A stretch of DNA of 64,000 nucleotides from Squalus acanthias (Eukaryota), in assembly GCA_030390025.1 (NCBI GenBank), contig JASTWF010000035.1:2728001-2792000 (forward strand), read 5' to 3'. The position numbers were made by a program, and so were the translations under genes. Positions 36,109 through 49,224 of this stretch are shown in pieces. The notes below the pieces were generated by a model. The model ran no database searches and was not told the DNA's origin. It saw only the letters and a list, made by a program, of their open reading frames with translations. The first letter of the stretch is position 1; each line of letters opens with the position of its first letter.

Positions 36109-36378
36109 CCATTTGCAACATTTTATCTTTCCTGCCTCTTACCTGAGCACAGTATATTCCTTCAATTCCTTCCTCCCCTCCCACCACCGCGCCCCCCACC
36201 CCCTGTCTCTGCACCTGCTTAATATCCATTACATTTCCAGCTTTTTTCAGTTCTGATGAAGGGTGCCAGACCTGAAACGTTGACTCTGATTCTCTCTCCA
36301 TGGATGCTGCCTGGCCTGCTGAGTATTTCCAGCATTTTCTGTTATTTCAGATTTCCAGCATCCGCAGTATTTTGCTAT
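36109..36378 (+). mobile_element. Penelope-like element terminal fragment
   Basis: CAGTTCTGATGAAGGG...CTGAAACGTTGACTCTG...GATGCTGCCTGGCCTGCTGAGTATTTCCAGCATTTTCTG; same family as 41687-42018; Penelope assignment rests on the hammerhead motif and recall. Confidence 0.7.
36249..36285 (+). ncRNA. Minimal type I hammerhead ribozyme motif
   Basis: AGTT-CTGATGA-AGGGT gccag ACCT-GAAAC-GTT-GACT: conserved core, short stem II, palindromic AACGTT stem III, 4-bp stem I. Confidence 0.65.
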
Positions 36379-36565
36379 TGTGTTCCTAAAGGGAAGATCA
36401 TGCTTGACCAACCGTATTGATTTTTTTGAAGAAGTAACAGAAAGAAATTCAAAAGGCTCCGAAAAGGAACCGCATAGTCGACTCATGACTATGGTCAGAA
36501 CATGTGGAGTCACGGGACAAGTAGCAGAATGGCTAGCAAAATTAGCTACAAAACAAAGTAGGGGT

Positions 36566-37560
36566 TACATAGATACATAGATACATAGAAGATAGGAGCA
36601 GGAGTAGGCCATCCGGCCCTTCGAGCCTGCTCCGCCATTTAATGAGATCATGGCTGATCCTCCAATTCAGTATCCCGTCCCCGCCTTCTCTCCGTAACCC
36701 TTAACCCCTTTTGCCTGTAGAAATATATCTAATTCCCTCTTAAATATATTTAATGAGCTGGCGTACACTGCCCTCTGTGGCAATGAGTTCCACAGGTTCA
36801 CCACCCTCTGAGTGAAGAAATTCCCCCTCATTTCTGTCCTAAATGGTTTAGCCCTTATCCTTAAATTATGTCCTCTAGTTCTGTTCTCACCCGCCAAGGG
36901 AAACATTCCTTCTGCATCTAGTCTGTCTAGACCTGTCAGAATTTTATACACTTCTATGAGGTCCCCTCTCAATCTTCTAAACTCCAGTGTGTACATCCCT
37001 AAACTACATAGTCTCTCCTCATAGGTCAATCCCGCCATTCCTGGTATCAGCCTGGTGAATCGCCGCTGCACCCCCTCCATGGCAAGAACATCTTTCCTCA
37101 GATGAGGCGACCAAAACTGTACACAGTACTCGAGCTGTGGTCTCACCAGTGCCCTGTACAGCTGCAGCAAGGTATCCCTGTTCCTGTATTCCAACCCTTT
37201 TGCTATGAAGGCCAGCATACCGTTTGCCTTCTTGACCGCCTGTTGCACCTGCATGCTCGCCTTCAGTGACTGGTGTACAAGAACACCCAGGTCTCTCTGT
37301 ACTTCCCCCTCTCCCAATTTATTGCCATTTAAATAATAATTTGCCCTCCCGTTCCTGCACCCAAGGTGGATAACTTCGCACTTGTCCACATTATAGTGCA
37401 TCTGCCATTTATCCGCCCAATCACCCAGTCTGTCCAAATCGCTCTGGAGCTTCCTGGTCTCCTCCTCTGAGCCCACCCCCCCTCCTAGTTTAGTGTCGTC
37501 TGCAAATTTGGAAATGCTGCATCCGACTCCCTGATCCAGGTCATTAATGTAAATTGTGAA
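36566..37560 (-). mobile_element. 5'-truncated CR1 LINE (young-looking, open ORF end)
   Basis: ORF 36667-37476 plus a (ACATAGAT)n tail at 36567-36588. Confidence 0.92.
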
Positions 37561-37791
37561 TTTGGGTAGTTACTCAGACTGGTGGGACCTGGAAAGTGGT
37601 TTTCCACAGGGATTGGTGCAGGGACCTCTGTTGTTCACCATTTAGATTAATGATTTGTACTCGGGAATCGGAAATACGATATCAAAATTTGCACATGACA
37701 CCAAATTGGGGGGTATAGTCAATACTGAGGAGGACTGCAACATAATACAAGAAGCTGTTAACAAATTTGCAGAATGGGTGTGTAATTGGCA

Positions 37792-40409
37792 AACATTGAC
37801 TCCGGACCCCGTGAAGTCTCGGCTTCAGGTGAAGCATGGGCAAGGAAACCTACTGCTGGTTCCCACCTACCGCCCTCCCTCAGCTGATGAATCAGTACTC
37901 CGTCATGTTGAACACCACTTGGAAGAAGCACTGAGAGTAGCAAGGGCACAGAATGTACTCTGGGTGGGGGACTTCCACCAAGAGTGGCTCGGTAGCACCA
38001 CTATTGACTGAGCTGGCCGAGTCCTAAAGGACATAACTGCCAGACTGGGCCTGCGACAGGTGGTGAGAGAACCAACACGAGGGAAAAACCTACTTAACCT
38101 TGTCCTCACCAATCTACCTGTCACAGATGCATCTGTCCATGACAGTATTGGTAGCAGTGACCACCGCACAGTCATTGTGGAGATGAAGTCCCGTCTTCAC
38201 AGTGAGGACACCCTCCATTGTGTTGTGTGGCACTACTAAATGGGATAGATTCAGAACAGATCTAGCAGCTCAAAACTGGGCATCCATGAGGCGCTGTGGG
38301 CCATCAGCAGCAGCAGAATTGTATTCCACCACAATCTGTAACCTCATGGCCTGGCATATCCCTCATTCTACCATTACCATCAAGCCAGGAGACCAACCCT
38401 GATTCAGTGAGGAGTGTAGAAGAGCATGCCAGGAGCAGCACCAGGCATACCTAAAAATGAGGTGCCAACCTGGGGATGCTGCAACACAGGACTACATGTA
38501 TGCTAAACAACGGAAGCAGCATACTATAGACAGAGCTAAGTGATCCCACAATCAATGGATCAGATCAAAGCTCTGCAGTCCTGCCACAACCAGTCGTGAA
38601 TGGTGGTGGACCATTAAACAACTTACAGGAGGAGGAGGCTCCATGAATATCCCCATCCTCAATGATGGTGGAGTCCAGCGTGTGAGTGCAAAAGACAAGG
38701 CTGAAGCGTTTGTAACCATCTTCAGCCAGAGGTGCCGAGTGGATGTTCCATGTCGGCCTCCTCCTGCGGTCCCCACCATCACAGAAGCCAGTCTTCGGCC
38801 AATTCGATTCACTCCATGTGATATCAAGAAACCGCTGAGTGCACTGGATACAGCAAAGGCTATGGGCCCTGACAACATCCTGGCTATTGTGCTGAAGACT
38901 TGTGCTCCAGAACTAGCTGCATCTCTAGCCAAGCTGTTCCAGTACAGCTACAACACTGGCATCTATCCGACAATGTGGAAAACTGCACAGGTGTGTCCTG
39001 TCCACAAAAAGCAGGACAAATCCAATCTGGCCAATTACCGCCCCATCAGTCCACTCTCAATCATCAGCAAAGTGATGGAAGGTGTCATCAACAGTGCTGT
39101 CAAGCGGCACTTACTCACCAATAACCTGCTCACTGATGCCCAGTTTGGGTTCCGCCAAGACCACTCAGCTCCAGACCTCATTACAGCCTTGGTCCAAACA
39201 TGGACAAAGGAGCTGAATTCCACAGGTGAGGTGAGAGTGACTGCCCTTGACATCAAGGCAGCATTTGACCGAGTGTGGCATCAAGGAGCCCTAGTAAAAC
39301 TGAAGTCAATGGGAATCAGGGGGAAAACTCTCCACTGGCTGGAGTCATACCTAGCACAAAGGAAGATGATTGTGGTGATTGAAGGTGAATCATCAGAGCC
39401 CCAGGACATCGCTGCAGGAGTTTCTCAGGGCAGTGTTCTAGGCCCAACCATCTTCAGCTGCTTCATCAAAGACCTTCCCTCCAACATAAGGTCAGAAATG
39501 GGGATGTTCGCTGATGACTGCACAGTGTTCAGTGCCATTCACAACTCCTCAGATAATGAAGCAGTCTATGCCCACATGCAACAAGTCCTGGACAATATTC
39601 AGGCTTGGGCTGAGAAATGGTAGGTAACATTCGCACCACAGAAGTGCCAGGCAATGACTATCTCCAACAAGCGAGAGTCTAAACACCGCCCCTTAACATT
39701 CAATGGCATTGCCATCACCGAATCCCCCACCATCAACATCCTGGGGGTCACCATTGACCAGAAACTTAACTGGACCAGCCACATAAATACTGTGGCAACA
39801 AGAGCTGGTCAGAGGCTAGGTATTCTGAGTGTCTCACCTCCTGACTCCCCAAAGCCTTTCTACCATCTACAAGGCACAAGTAAGGAGTGTGATGGAATAC
39901 TCTCCACTTGCCTGGATGAGTGCAGCTTAAACAACACTCAAGAATGCTCGACACCATCCAGGACAAAGCAGCCCACATGATTGGCACCCCCTCTACCACC
40001 TTAAACATCCACTCCCTCCACCACCGGCGTACCGTGGCTGCAGTGTGTACCATCTACAAGATGCACTGCAGCAACTCGCCAAGGCTTCTTTGGCAGCACC
40101 TCCTAAACCCCGACCTCTTCCACCTGGAAGGACAAGGGCAGCAGACGCATGGGAACACCACCACCTCCAAGTTCCCCTCTAAGTCACACATCATCCTGAC
40201 TAAGAAGTATTTCGCCGATCCTTCATCGTCGCTGGGTCAAAATCCTGGAACTCCTTACTTAACAGCACTGTGGGAGCACCTTCACCACATGGACTGCAGC
40301 GGTTCAAGAAGGTGGCTCACCACCACCTTCTCAAGGGCAACTTGGGATGGGGAATAAATGCTGGCCTTGCCAGCGACGCCCACATCCCATAAAAACAAAT
40401 TTAAAAAAA
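37792..40409 (+). mobile_element. 5'-truncated copy of the tRNA-headed APE+RT retroelement
   Basis: ORFs 37655-38011 and 38643-39623 (ALDIKAAFDRVWH, MFADD) and tail AATAAATGCTGGCCTTGCCAGCGACGCCCACATCCCATAAAAA; closely matches 14055-16680. Confidence 0.9.
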
Positions 40410-41686
40410 TAATTTCAATATAGATGTGTGAAATGGTGCATTTTGGTAGGAGGAATAAGGAGTTCACACTCCTTGGAAAATAAGAGTCTAAATGGGGTGA
40501 GGCATAATGGGATCTAGGAATACAGGTACACAAATCTTTAAAAGTAGCAATGCAGGTTAACAAAGCAACAAAAAGTGCAAATAAAGTACTAGGGTTGATT
40601 TCTAGAGGAATAGAATTCAAAAGCAGAGATGTTATGTTAAAATTGTATAGAACCTTGCTTAGACTGCACTTGGAGTACTGTGCACAGTTCTGGTCGCCAT
40701 ATTACAAAAAGGATATAGGGGCACTAGAGAGAGTGCAAAAACAGATTTACAAAGATGATACCAGAACTGAGAGGATATACTTATCAGGAAAGACTGATCA
40801 GGCTGAGAGGTGACCTGATAGAGGTGTGTAAATTTATGAAGGGGTTCGATATGGCAGACATAAAGAAAATGTTTTGATTTGTGGGGTGTCTAGAACTAGG
40901 GGCCATCAATATAAGATAGTCACAGAAGCACAAAGGTAATAATCTCTGGATTAATATTTGAGCCACGAGCAAATTGGCATAGGGTCAATAAGATCAGAGA
41001 GTTGAATGCTTGTCTCAAAGATTGGTGTGGGAGAAATGAGTTTCGATTCATGGGGCACCGGCACCAGTACTGGGGAAAGAGGGAGCTGTTCCGTTGGGAC
41101 GGGCTTCACTTGAACCATGCTAGGACCAGTGTCCTGGCGAATCGAACAACTAGGGCTGTAGATAGGGCTTTAAACTAAATAGTGGGGGGGGAGTGTTCAG
41201 GTGAGGGGAAATTTAGAAAGTTAAAGAGAAAGGACAAGGCAATAGTGCAGGGTAGCGATAGAGGTAATGATAACCAGGGTATGACAGGAAGGGACAGAGT
41301 GTATACACATAAGAGTGCACCAGCAAATAGGGTCAAAGTAGGGAAAAATGGTAAAAAGACAAAATTAAAGGCTCTTTATCTGAATGCATGCAGCATTCGT
41401 AACAAGATAGATGAATTGACGGCACAAATAGAAATAAATGGGTATGATCTGATAGCCATTGCAAGGTGACCAAGGCTGGGAACTGAATATTCAGGTTAAT
41501 TTGTTAATAAAGGATGAGATCAGTACAGTAGTGAGAAATGATCTTGGCTCGGAAGATCAAGATGTAGAATCAGTTTGGGTGGAGATAAGAAATAATTAGG
41601 GAAAGAAGTCACTGGTGGGAGTAGTCTATAGGCCCCCTAACAGTAGCTACACTGCAGGACAGAGTATAAATCAAGAAATAATGGGA

Positions 41687-42018
41687 CAAAAGCAAAATAC
41701 TGCGGATGCTGGAAATCTGAAATAAAAACAGAAAATGCTGGAAATACTCAGCAGGTCAGGCAGCATCTGTAGAGAGAGAAACAGAGTCAACGTTTCAGGT
41801 CGATGAACCTTCGTCAGAACTGGAAACAGGTTTTTAAGCAAGTGTAGGGGCAGGGAGAGTGGGGAGGGGAGGAAAGAACAAAAGGGAAGGTCTGTGATAG
41901 GGTGGAAGACAGGAGAGAATAAGAGACAAAAGGGATGATGGTGCAAGGCAAAAGGAGATGGTAACGGGACAAGTTAAGAAACAAAAGATGACTAGATGAG
42001 GTGTGAATGGCGATGGCA
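41687..42018 (-). mobile_element. Penelope-like fragment inserted with a 14-bp target duplication
   Basis: AAGAAATAATGGGA at 41673-41686 and 42019-42032 flanks the insert; same family as 36109-36378. Confidence 0.8.
41785..41821 (-). ncRNA. Minimal type I hammerhead ribozyme motif
   Basis: Minus strand AGTT-CTGACGA-AGGT tcatcg ACCT-GAAAC-GTT-GACT with a perfect 4-bp stem II. Confidence 0.7.
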
Positions 42019-42206
42019 AAGAAATAATGGGAGTTGTAAGAAAGGTACTGCAATAATCATGGGCGATTTTAATCTTCATATAGATTGGACCAATCAAATT
42101 GGCAGAAGTACCTTGAGGACGAGTTCATAGAGTGTATTCGGGACGGTTTCTTAGAACAATACATTGTGGAACCAACCAGGAAACAGGCTATTTTAGATCT
42201 GGTAAT

Positions 42207-45011
42207 AAGAACATAAGAAATAAGAGCAGGAGTAGGCCTTACAGCCCCTCGAGCCTGCTCTGCCATTCAATAAGATCATGGCTGATCATCGTCCTGAACT
42301 CCACTTTCCCGCCCGATCTCCATATCCCTTGATTCCCCTAGAGTCCAAAAACCTATCTATCTCAGCCTTGAATATACTCAGACTCAGCATTCACAGCCCT
42401 CTGGGGCAGAGAATTCCAAAGATTCACAACCCTCTGAGTGAAGAAATTCCTCCTCATCTCGGTCTTAAATGGGCTACCCCTTATCCTGAGACTATGCCCC
42501 CTGGTTCTAGACACTCCAGCCAGGGGAAACAACCTCTCAGCATCTACCCTGTCCATCCCCTTCAGAATTTTGTTTCAATGAGATCACCTCTCATTCTTCT
42601 AAACTCCAGAGAGTATAGGCCCATTCTACACAATCTCTCATCATAGGACAGCCCTCTCATCCCAGGGATCAATCTGGTGAACCTTCGTTGCACCGCCTCC
42701 AAGGCAAGTATATCCTTCCTTAGATAAGGAGACCAAAATTGTGCACAGTACTCCAGGTGTGGTCTCACCAAGACCCTGTACAATTGTAGCAAGTGTAGGG
42801 GGTGGTGGTTTGTGTCAGCTTTACCTCTGACTTCTGAGCGGTTCGAATCGTTCCCACTCCCTTGGTTCTAGACCTTGGACTTATTTGGGGGTTGTGACAA
42901 AAGGTGCAGCAGATAACTGAGTTTGATGAAAAGAACTTCAATCTTTATTCAAAAGGTAAAACACAAATGACTACACTCTTAACACTCTAAAGGTGGGGAA
43001 CACTTCGGTACAAGCGAGGGAAATGACAGTAGAACAATACTTCACCCCTCCCAACCCCACTTTTCTAGCTAAGTTAGGTTTTGAAGGACCAGGGATAATG
43101 CTCACCAATCCTTTGACAGTTGGGCTAAATCGCGGTTTTGGGGTTCGCTGATTATGGTGGTTAGTGTCTGCCATACGCGGTAGAGGACTTCACCTGCGTC
43201 TCTGGTCAGTCTTCACGAGTCCGCTGATGCGGTAGGGTGCGTTTTGGATCTATCAGGTGAGTACCCAATTTCCTTTGGTTAGGAGTAGGGTTTAGAGTCT
43301 TTTGGTAGAAATCTTACCCAGGGGTAAGTCAGGAATAGTTTGTAGTGTGGAAACTTTGCGGTTCTTCGGGTTTTCTTTTCTTGAGTTGGTCTTTGTTGGT
43401 CGCGGTGGCTTGCTATTACCCGGTCAGTTGGGGGTAATGTGCGGTTGTTGGTTTCGTGAGGCCTTTGGTTTCCGCGATGGCTTTAGGCCTTGTCTAGTTT
43501 GTCGGTCGACCTTGTGGAGCCATCGATGTCTTCTTGGCTTGTTGCTCCGGGTGACTGTGTTGGGACCGTTGTTGGAGGTCTGTCGAGGTGGTATCTTCAC
43601 GGGCTGGACTCAGGTGTGTCTGAGTGGTGAGCGATGCCGACTTGCTTCCAGCTCGGTTTGTCTTCTTCCCGGTTTCTTCTTCTTCTGATGACCACCGACT
43701 GCGACTGACTTTGAACTGCTTAATGGGTCTTCAATTATACTAAATTGAAGTGGCCTTATCTACCTGCCAAATCTACTCAGTTCATTGTCTGGTTTTTGGC
43801 AGGCTCGTAAATCGGTAACGACTTACTAGCGCGTTAACTGTTTTTTTTACCAGTAACTGCTCTGTAAGTATCAGGTGGCCTTTCGGATGGTTTGCATCCT
43901 GTCGATCTCCTTGGTTGATCACTGGTGATTGATTTCGTGTTTTGGGTTTCGAGGCTAGACTCGGTCTTTCTATAGAATGGGTCTGAGTGGGTTTTATTAT
44001 GCATGTTTCTGATGAGCCCTGTAATCGGTTTTGATGGGGCCTGTTATTTTGGGTGGGACTGTCTTCTCCCAGGGTCTATTGTTCAAATGTTAATGTCTGC
44101 TGGGGCTTGAGTGAGGTCATCCCGGTTCCCCAGACAGTGTAATTAACTGCAATAACCAAACTGCTTTTACAGAGCTCGAACCCTCCTCCTTGTCCCTTTA
44201 CAGGCCCAGACATAGCTTTAAAATGCCAAAACTTGGTTTTTGGTCTTAAATTCCTTAGGTTTGGCCCAAATGCATTTTTATCACTCTGAGGTAGTTCCAA
44301 AGTCCTTTTCCCTTCGGTTTTTGGGGATCTGCAAATTTTGGAAACCTTACACAAGACTTCCTTACTCTTATACTCCAACCCTCTTGCAATAAAGGCCAAC
44401 ATGCCATTTGCCTTCCTTATCGCTTGCTGTACCTGCATGCTAGCTCTCTGTGTTTCTTGCACATGGACACCCAAATCTCTCTGAACACCAACATTTGAAA
44501 GTTTCTCACCATTTAAAAAATATTCTGTTTTTCTATTCTTCCTACCAAAGTGAATGACCTCACATGTCCCTAAATTATATTCCATCTGCCACCTTACTGC
44601 CCACTCACTTAGTCTATCTATATCCCTTTGCAGAGTCTTTGTGTTCTCCTCACAGCTTACTGTCCCACCTAGCTTTGTATCATCAGCAAACTTGGATACA
44701 TTACACTCGGTCCCTTCATCTAGTTCATTAGTATAGATTGTAAATAGCTGAGGCCCCAACACTGATCCTTGCGGCACGTTACTAGTTACAGCCTGCCAAC
44801 CTGAAAAAGATCCGTTTATCCCTACTCTCTGTTTTCTGTCCGTTAACCAATCCTCTATCCCTGCTACTATATTACCCCCAACACCATGATCCCTAATCTT
44901 GTGTAATAACCTTTTATGTGGCACCTTATCAAATGCCTTTTGGAAATCCAAATATACTACATCCATTGGTTCCCCTTTATCTACCCTGTTAGTTACATTC
45001 TCAAAAAACTC
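42207..45011 (-). mobile_element. 5'-truncated CR1 LINE interrupted by a solo LTR
   Basis: ORF 44076-44966 (...LEYKSKEVL) continues as LQLYRVLVRPH in ORF 42562-42792. Confidence 0.92.
42794..44351 (-). mobile_element. Solo LTR (1558 bp) of a Gypsy or endogenous-retrovirus-type element
   Basis: Termini TGTAGGG...CCTTACA, 4-bp TSD CAAG (42790-42793, 44352-44355); removing it restores the CR1 frame; AATAAA on the minus strand near 42944-42949; no coding homology seen. Confidence 0.8.
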
Positions 45012-47778
45012 TAATGTGTAATGAGACAGGATTAATTAATGATCTCATAGTAAATGATCCTCTAGGGAAGAGTGATCATAACATGATAGAATTTCACATT
45101 CATTTTGAGGGTGAGAAGTTGGGTCTGAAACTTGTGTCTTGAACTTAAATAAAGGCAATTACAAAGGTATGAAGACGGGGTTGGCTAAAGTGGACTGGGA
45201 AAATAGATTAAAAGGTAAGATAGTAGATAAGCAGTGGCGGACATTTAAGGAGATATTTCATAACTCTAAACAAATATATATTCCAGTGAGAAAGGAAGAC
45301 TCTATGAGAAGGATAAACCATCCGTGGCTAACTAAGGAAGTTTTTTTTAATCAGATTATGGGATGTGGGTGTCGCTGGCAAGGCCAGCATTTATTGCCCA
45401 GCCCTAATTGCCCTTGAGAAGGTGGTGATGGTGAGCCGCATTCTTAAACCGCTGCAGTCCGTGTGGTGAAGGTACTCCCACAGCGCTGTTAGGTAGGGAG
45501 TTCCAGGATTTTGCCCCAGCGATGATGAAGGATCAGCGATATACTTCTAAGTCAGGATGGTGTGTGACTTGAAGATGGTGGTGTTTCCATGCGCCTGCTG
45601 CCCTTGTCCTTCTAGGTGGAAGAGGTCGCGGGTTTGGGAGGTGCTGCCGAAGAAGCCTTGGCAAGTTGCTGTAGTGCATCTTGTAGATGGTACACAATAC
45701 AGCCACGGTACGCCGGTGGTGGAGGGAGTGGATGTTTAAGGTGGTGGATGGGGTGCCAATCAAGCCGGCTGCTTTGTCCTGGATGGTGTCGAGTTTCTTG
45801 AGTGTTGTTAGAGCTGCACTCATCCAGGCAAGTGGAGCGTATTCCATCACACTCCTTACTTGTGCCTTGTAGATGGTGGAAAGGCTTTGGGCAGTCAGGA
45901 GATGAGACACTCGCCACAGAATACCCAGCCTCTGACCTGTTCTTGTTGCCACAGTATTTATGTGGCTGGTCCAGTTAAGTTTCTGATCAATGGTGAGCCC
46001 CCAGGATGTTGATGGTGGGGGATTCGGCGATGGTCATGCCATTGAATGTCAAGGGGCGGTGGTTAGACTCTTGCTTGTTGGAGATAGTCATTGCCTGGCA
46101 CTTTGGTGCGATAGTGGACGTGTTGGTTGTAATCTACCAAAATTCCCTGGATTCTGGAGAGGTCCCAGCGGATTGGAAAACCACAAATGTAACGCTACTA
46201 TTTAAGAAAGGAGGGAGACAGAAAGCAGGAAACTAGAGGCCAGTTAACCTAACATCTGTCATTGGGAAAATGCTGGAATCCATTATTAAGGAGGTAATAG
46301 CAGGACATTTAGAAAATTATAAGACAATCAAGCAGAGTCAGCATGGTTTTATGAAAGAGAAATCGTGTTTGACAAATTTACTAGAGTTCTTTGAGGATGT
46401 AACAAACAGGGTGGATAAAGGGGAACCAGTAGATGTAGTGTATTTGGATTTCCAGAAGGTATTCGATAAGGTGCCACATAAGAGGTTACTGCACAAGATA
46501 AGAGCGCACGGGGTTGGGGGTAATATATTGGCATGGATAGAGGATTGGCTAACTAACAGAAAACAGAGAGTCGAGATAAATGGGTCATTTTCCGGTTGGC
46601 AATCAGTAACTAGTGGGGTGCCACAGGGATCAGTGCTGGGGCCTCAACTATTTACAATCTATATTAATGACTTGGATGAAGGGGCCGAGTGTACTGTACC
46701 CAAATTTGCTGATGATACAAAGATAGGTGGGTTAGCAAGTTGTGAGGAGGACACAAATAGTCTGCAAAGGGATATAGATAGGTTAAGTGAGTGGGCAAAA
46801 ATTTGGCAGATGGAGTATAATGTGGGAAAATGTGAGGTTATCCACTTTGGAAGGAAGAATGAAAAAGCAAATTATTATTTAAATGGAGAGAGACTATAAA
46901 TAGCTGCGGTACAGAGGGATCTGGGGGTCCTAGTACATGAAACACAAAAAGTTAGCATGCAGGTACAGCAAGTAATTAGGAAGGCTAATGGAATGTTGGC
47001 CTTTATTGCAAAGGGTATGGAGTATAAAAGTAGGGAAGTTTTGATGCAACTTTACAGGGCACTGGTGAGACCGCACCTGGAGTACTGGGTACAGTTTTGG
47101 TCTCCATATTTAAGGAAGGATATACTTGCATTGGAGGCAGTTCAGAGAAGGTTCACTCGGTTGATTCCTGGGATGAAGGGGTTGATTTGTGACGAAAGGT
47201 TGAGGAGGTTGGGCCTATACTCATTGGAGTTCAGAAGAATGAGAGGTGATCTCATTGAAACATATAGGGGAAAAAATTCACTTGGTTGCGCCTCCCGTTA
47301 GCGCCTTAAGAGGGCGCTAATGGGGCGTTAAGCTGCTAACACCCGGGCGCAGCGCTGTTTGCGCCGCTCGAGAACTTAACTTCAGATTGTGCGGCGGCGC
47401 TAAAACTTACCGCTGCGACCACCTGCGCGCGCAGATTGTGACGTCATTCCATGGTGCAACGCCCTTGGGGCGCCCCGTAGCGGAAATTGAGTGGCGCCCC
47501 CTGCCTTACCGCCTGGCGCTTCCAACGATCGGAAGACTGGAACGTTATCAATCGGTGTGGGGCTGGGGGGGGGTGCTATTTAAAGGGGGCCTCTTCCTGT
47601 CTTTTTCTGTGGTCGACATTTATGCACCACTTGTTCTGAGAGAGAGAGAGAGATTCGGAGAGAGAGAGAGAGAGACTTCTACATTGACTCAACGCTTTGT
47701 GAGGTAGTTTTGCCTATTCATCCTAACTTTGTTGCTACTTTAGTTGCTGTACCTCATTACTTTTCTGGCAAAGAGAAT

Positions 47779-48930
47779 ATGGGGGCTGCAATGATTGGGG
47801 GCGTCGTCCTGCTCCAGCTGAATCGGAGGATACAGAGACGCAGACAGAGAGTGGCAATGATGGCCAGATGGAGGAGGGCCATCAGGCGCATGTACAGGAG
47901 AGCTTACCCTCCCAGGGTATATCGTGAACAGCTCTCCTACATCCATATGTCCGAGGAGCTGTGTTTGCAGAGGCTGCGATTCAGCAAGGAGGTGGTCACT
48001 GAGCTCTGCCACCTGCTGCAGCCAGATCTGCAGCCTCAGCTGAGGTCCAGGACGTCTCTGTCGGTGGCAGTGAATGTCACAGTGGCTTTGAACTTCTACG
48101 CCACTGGCTCATTCCAAGCTGCTGCTGGGGACCTCGCCAATATCTCCCAGTTTGCGGTGCATCGCTGCATCCGTCAGGTCACCAATGCCCTCTTCAGAAG
48201 GAGACGAGACTTCATCTCTTTCCCTATGACCCCAGACAAGCAGCGTGACCGTGCTCTGGGCTTTGCGAGGGTAGCGGGCTTCCCCATGGTGCAGGGCGAC
48301 ATTGACTGCACGCATGTGGCTTTGCGTGCTCCGCGAGAGAATGCAGAGGAATTCAGGAACAGGAAGGGGTTCCATTCCTTGAATGTGCAGTTGGTCTGTG
48401 ACCACAGACAGGTGATACTCGCTGTCAATGCCCACTATCCGGGCAGCTGCCACGATGCTTTCATCCTGCGCCAGACTACTGTGGCAGAAGTTTTCGAGGC
48501 ACCGCATCAGCCAGTTGGTTGGCTTCTGGGGGACAAGGGGTACGCATTGAGCACCTGGCTGATGACACCGCTCCGTACGCCAAACACCCCTGCTGAGCTG
48601 CGGTACAATGAAAGCCATCAAGCAACCAGGAACATTATTGAGTGCACAATCGGCGTGCTGAAACAACGGTTCCGCTGTCTGGACCATTCCGGAGGAGCCC
48701 TGCAGTACTCGCCTGAGCAAGTTTCGAACTTCGTAGTCGTGTGCTGCATGTTGCACAACATGGCAATCCTCAGGACCCAGCCAATGCCACCAGGCCTTGT
48801 AGCACCACCAGAGGAGGAGGAGGAAGAGGACGAGGACGATGATCATCAGCAGCACCAAGGCGGGAGGGCGGCCCACAATGGTCAAACTGCAAGGGCCGTC
48901 CGTCAACGACTAATAGCAAGCCGCTTCTAG
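47779..48930 (+). CDS. Harbinger DDE transposase (HARBI1-like), uninterrupted ORF of 383 aa
   Basis: ATG at 47779; motifs [55 protein letters not shown]; no internal stop. Confidence 0.9.
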   Translation: MGAAMIGGVVLLQLNRRIQRRRQRVAMMARWRRAIRRMYRRAYPPRVYREQLSYIHMSEELCLQRLRFSKEVVTELCHLLQPDLQPQLRSRTSLSVAVNVTVALNFYATGSFQAAAGDLANISQFAVHRCIRQVTNALFRRRRDFISFPMTPDKQRDRALGFARVAGFPMVQGDIDCTHVALRAPRENAEEFRNRKGFHSLNVQLVCDHRQVILAVNAHYPGSCHDAFILRQTTVAEVFEAPHQPVGWLLGDKGYALSTWLMTPLRTPNTPAELRYNESHQATRNIIECTIGVLKQRFRCLDHSGGALQYSPEQVSNFVVVCCMLHNMAILRTQPMPPGLVAPPEEEEEEDEDDDHQQHQGGRAAHNGQTARAVRQRLIASRF

Positions 48931-49224
48931 GGCCCCTGCCATTGCTACAAACACTAATCAACCCAGCACGCAACCCCTAAGCCGGCCAAGGCACCAATAA
49001 TTCCAAGCACCAGCCATGTATATTTTGAAAACAGAAACTTAGTTATTTTACAAACTCTGTGTGTGTCAATTCCTCATGACAAACTCATAGAAATAAACAC
49101 AAAAAAACAGTCAATAACATAACTGGTTCTCACAACCTGGAGATAATGTCCAAAACACTAAACAAAAGTTGGACCACGACCCTCGGCCTTTAATAAAAAA
49201 ATGACCAGCATTTTGGCACACCTC

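Larger units (their letters stand above)
35865..40925 (+). mobile_element. Old CR1 LINE broken up by nested insertions (pieces about 35865-35970, 36379-36565, 37561-37791, 40410-40925)
   Basis: MAGILNHYFASVFTRE, FLKGRSCLTN..FFEEVT, TISKFAHDTKLGG and LEYCAQFWSPY occur in collinear order. Confidence 0.75.

Noticed and set aside
43302..43688. 128-aa ORF inside the solo LTR as an accessory gene
   Set aside because: It has a non-ATG start and no recognisable motif, and its length is compatible with chance.
47779..48930. Domesticated host HARBI1 gene
   Set aside because: It lies between TIRs with a TSD inside a CR1 and is paired with a Myb-like gene, so it is a transposon copy.
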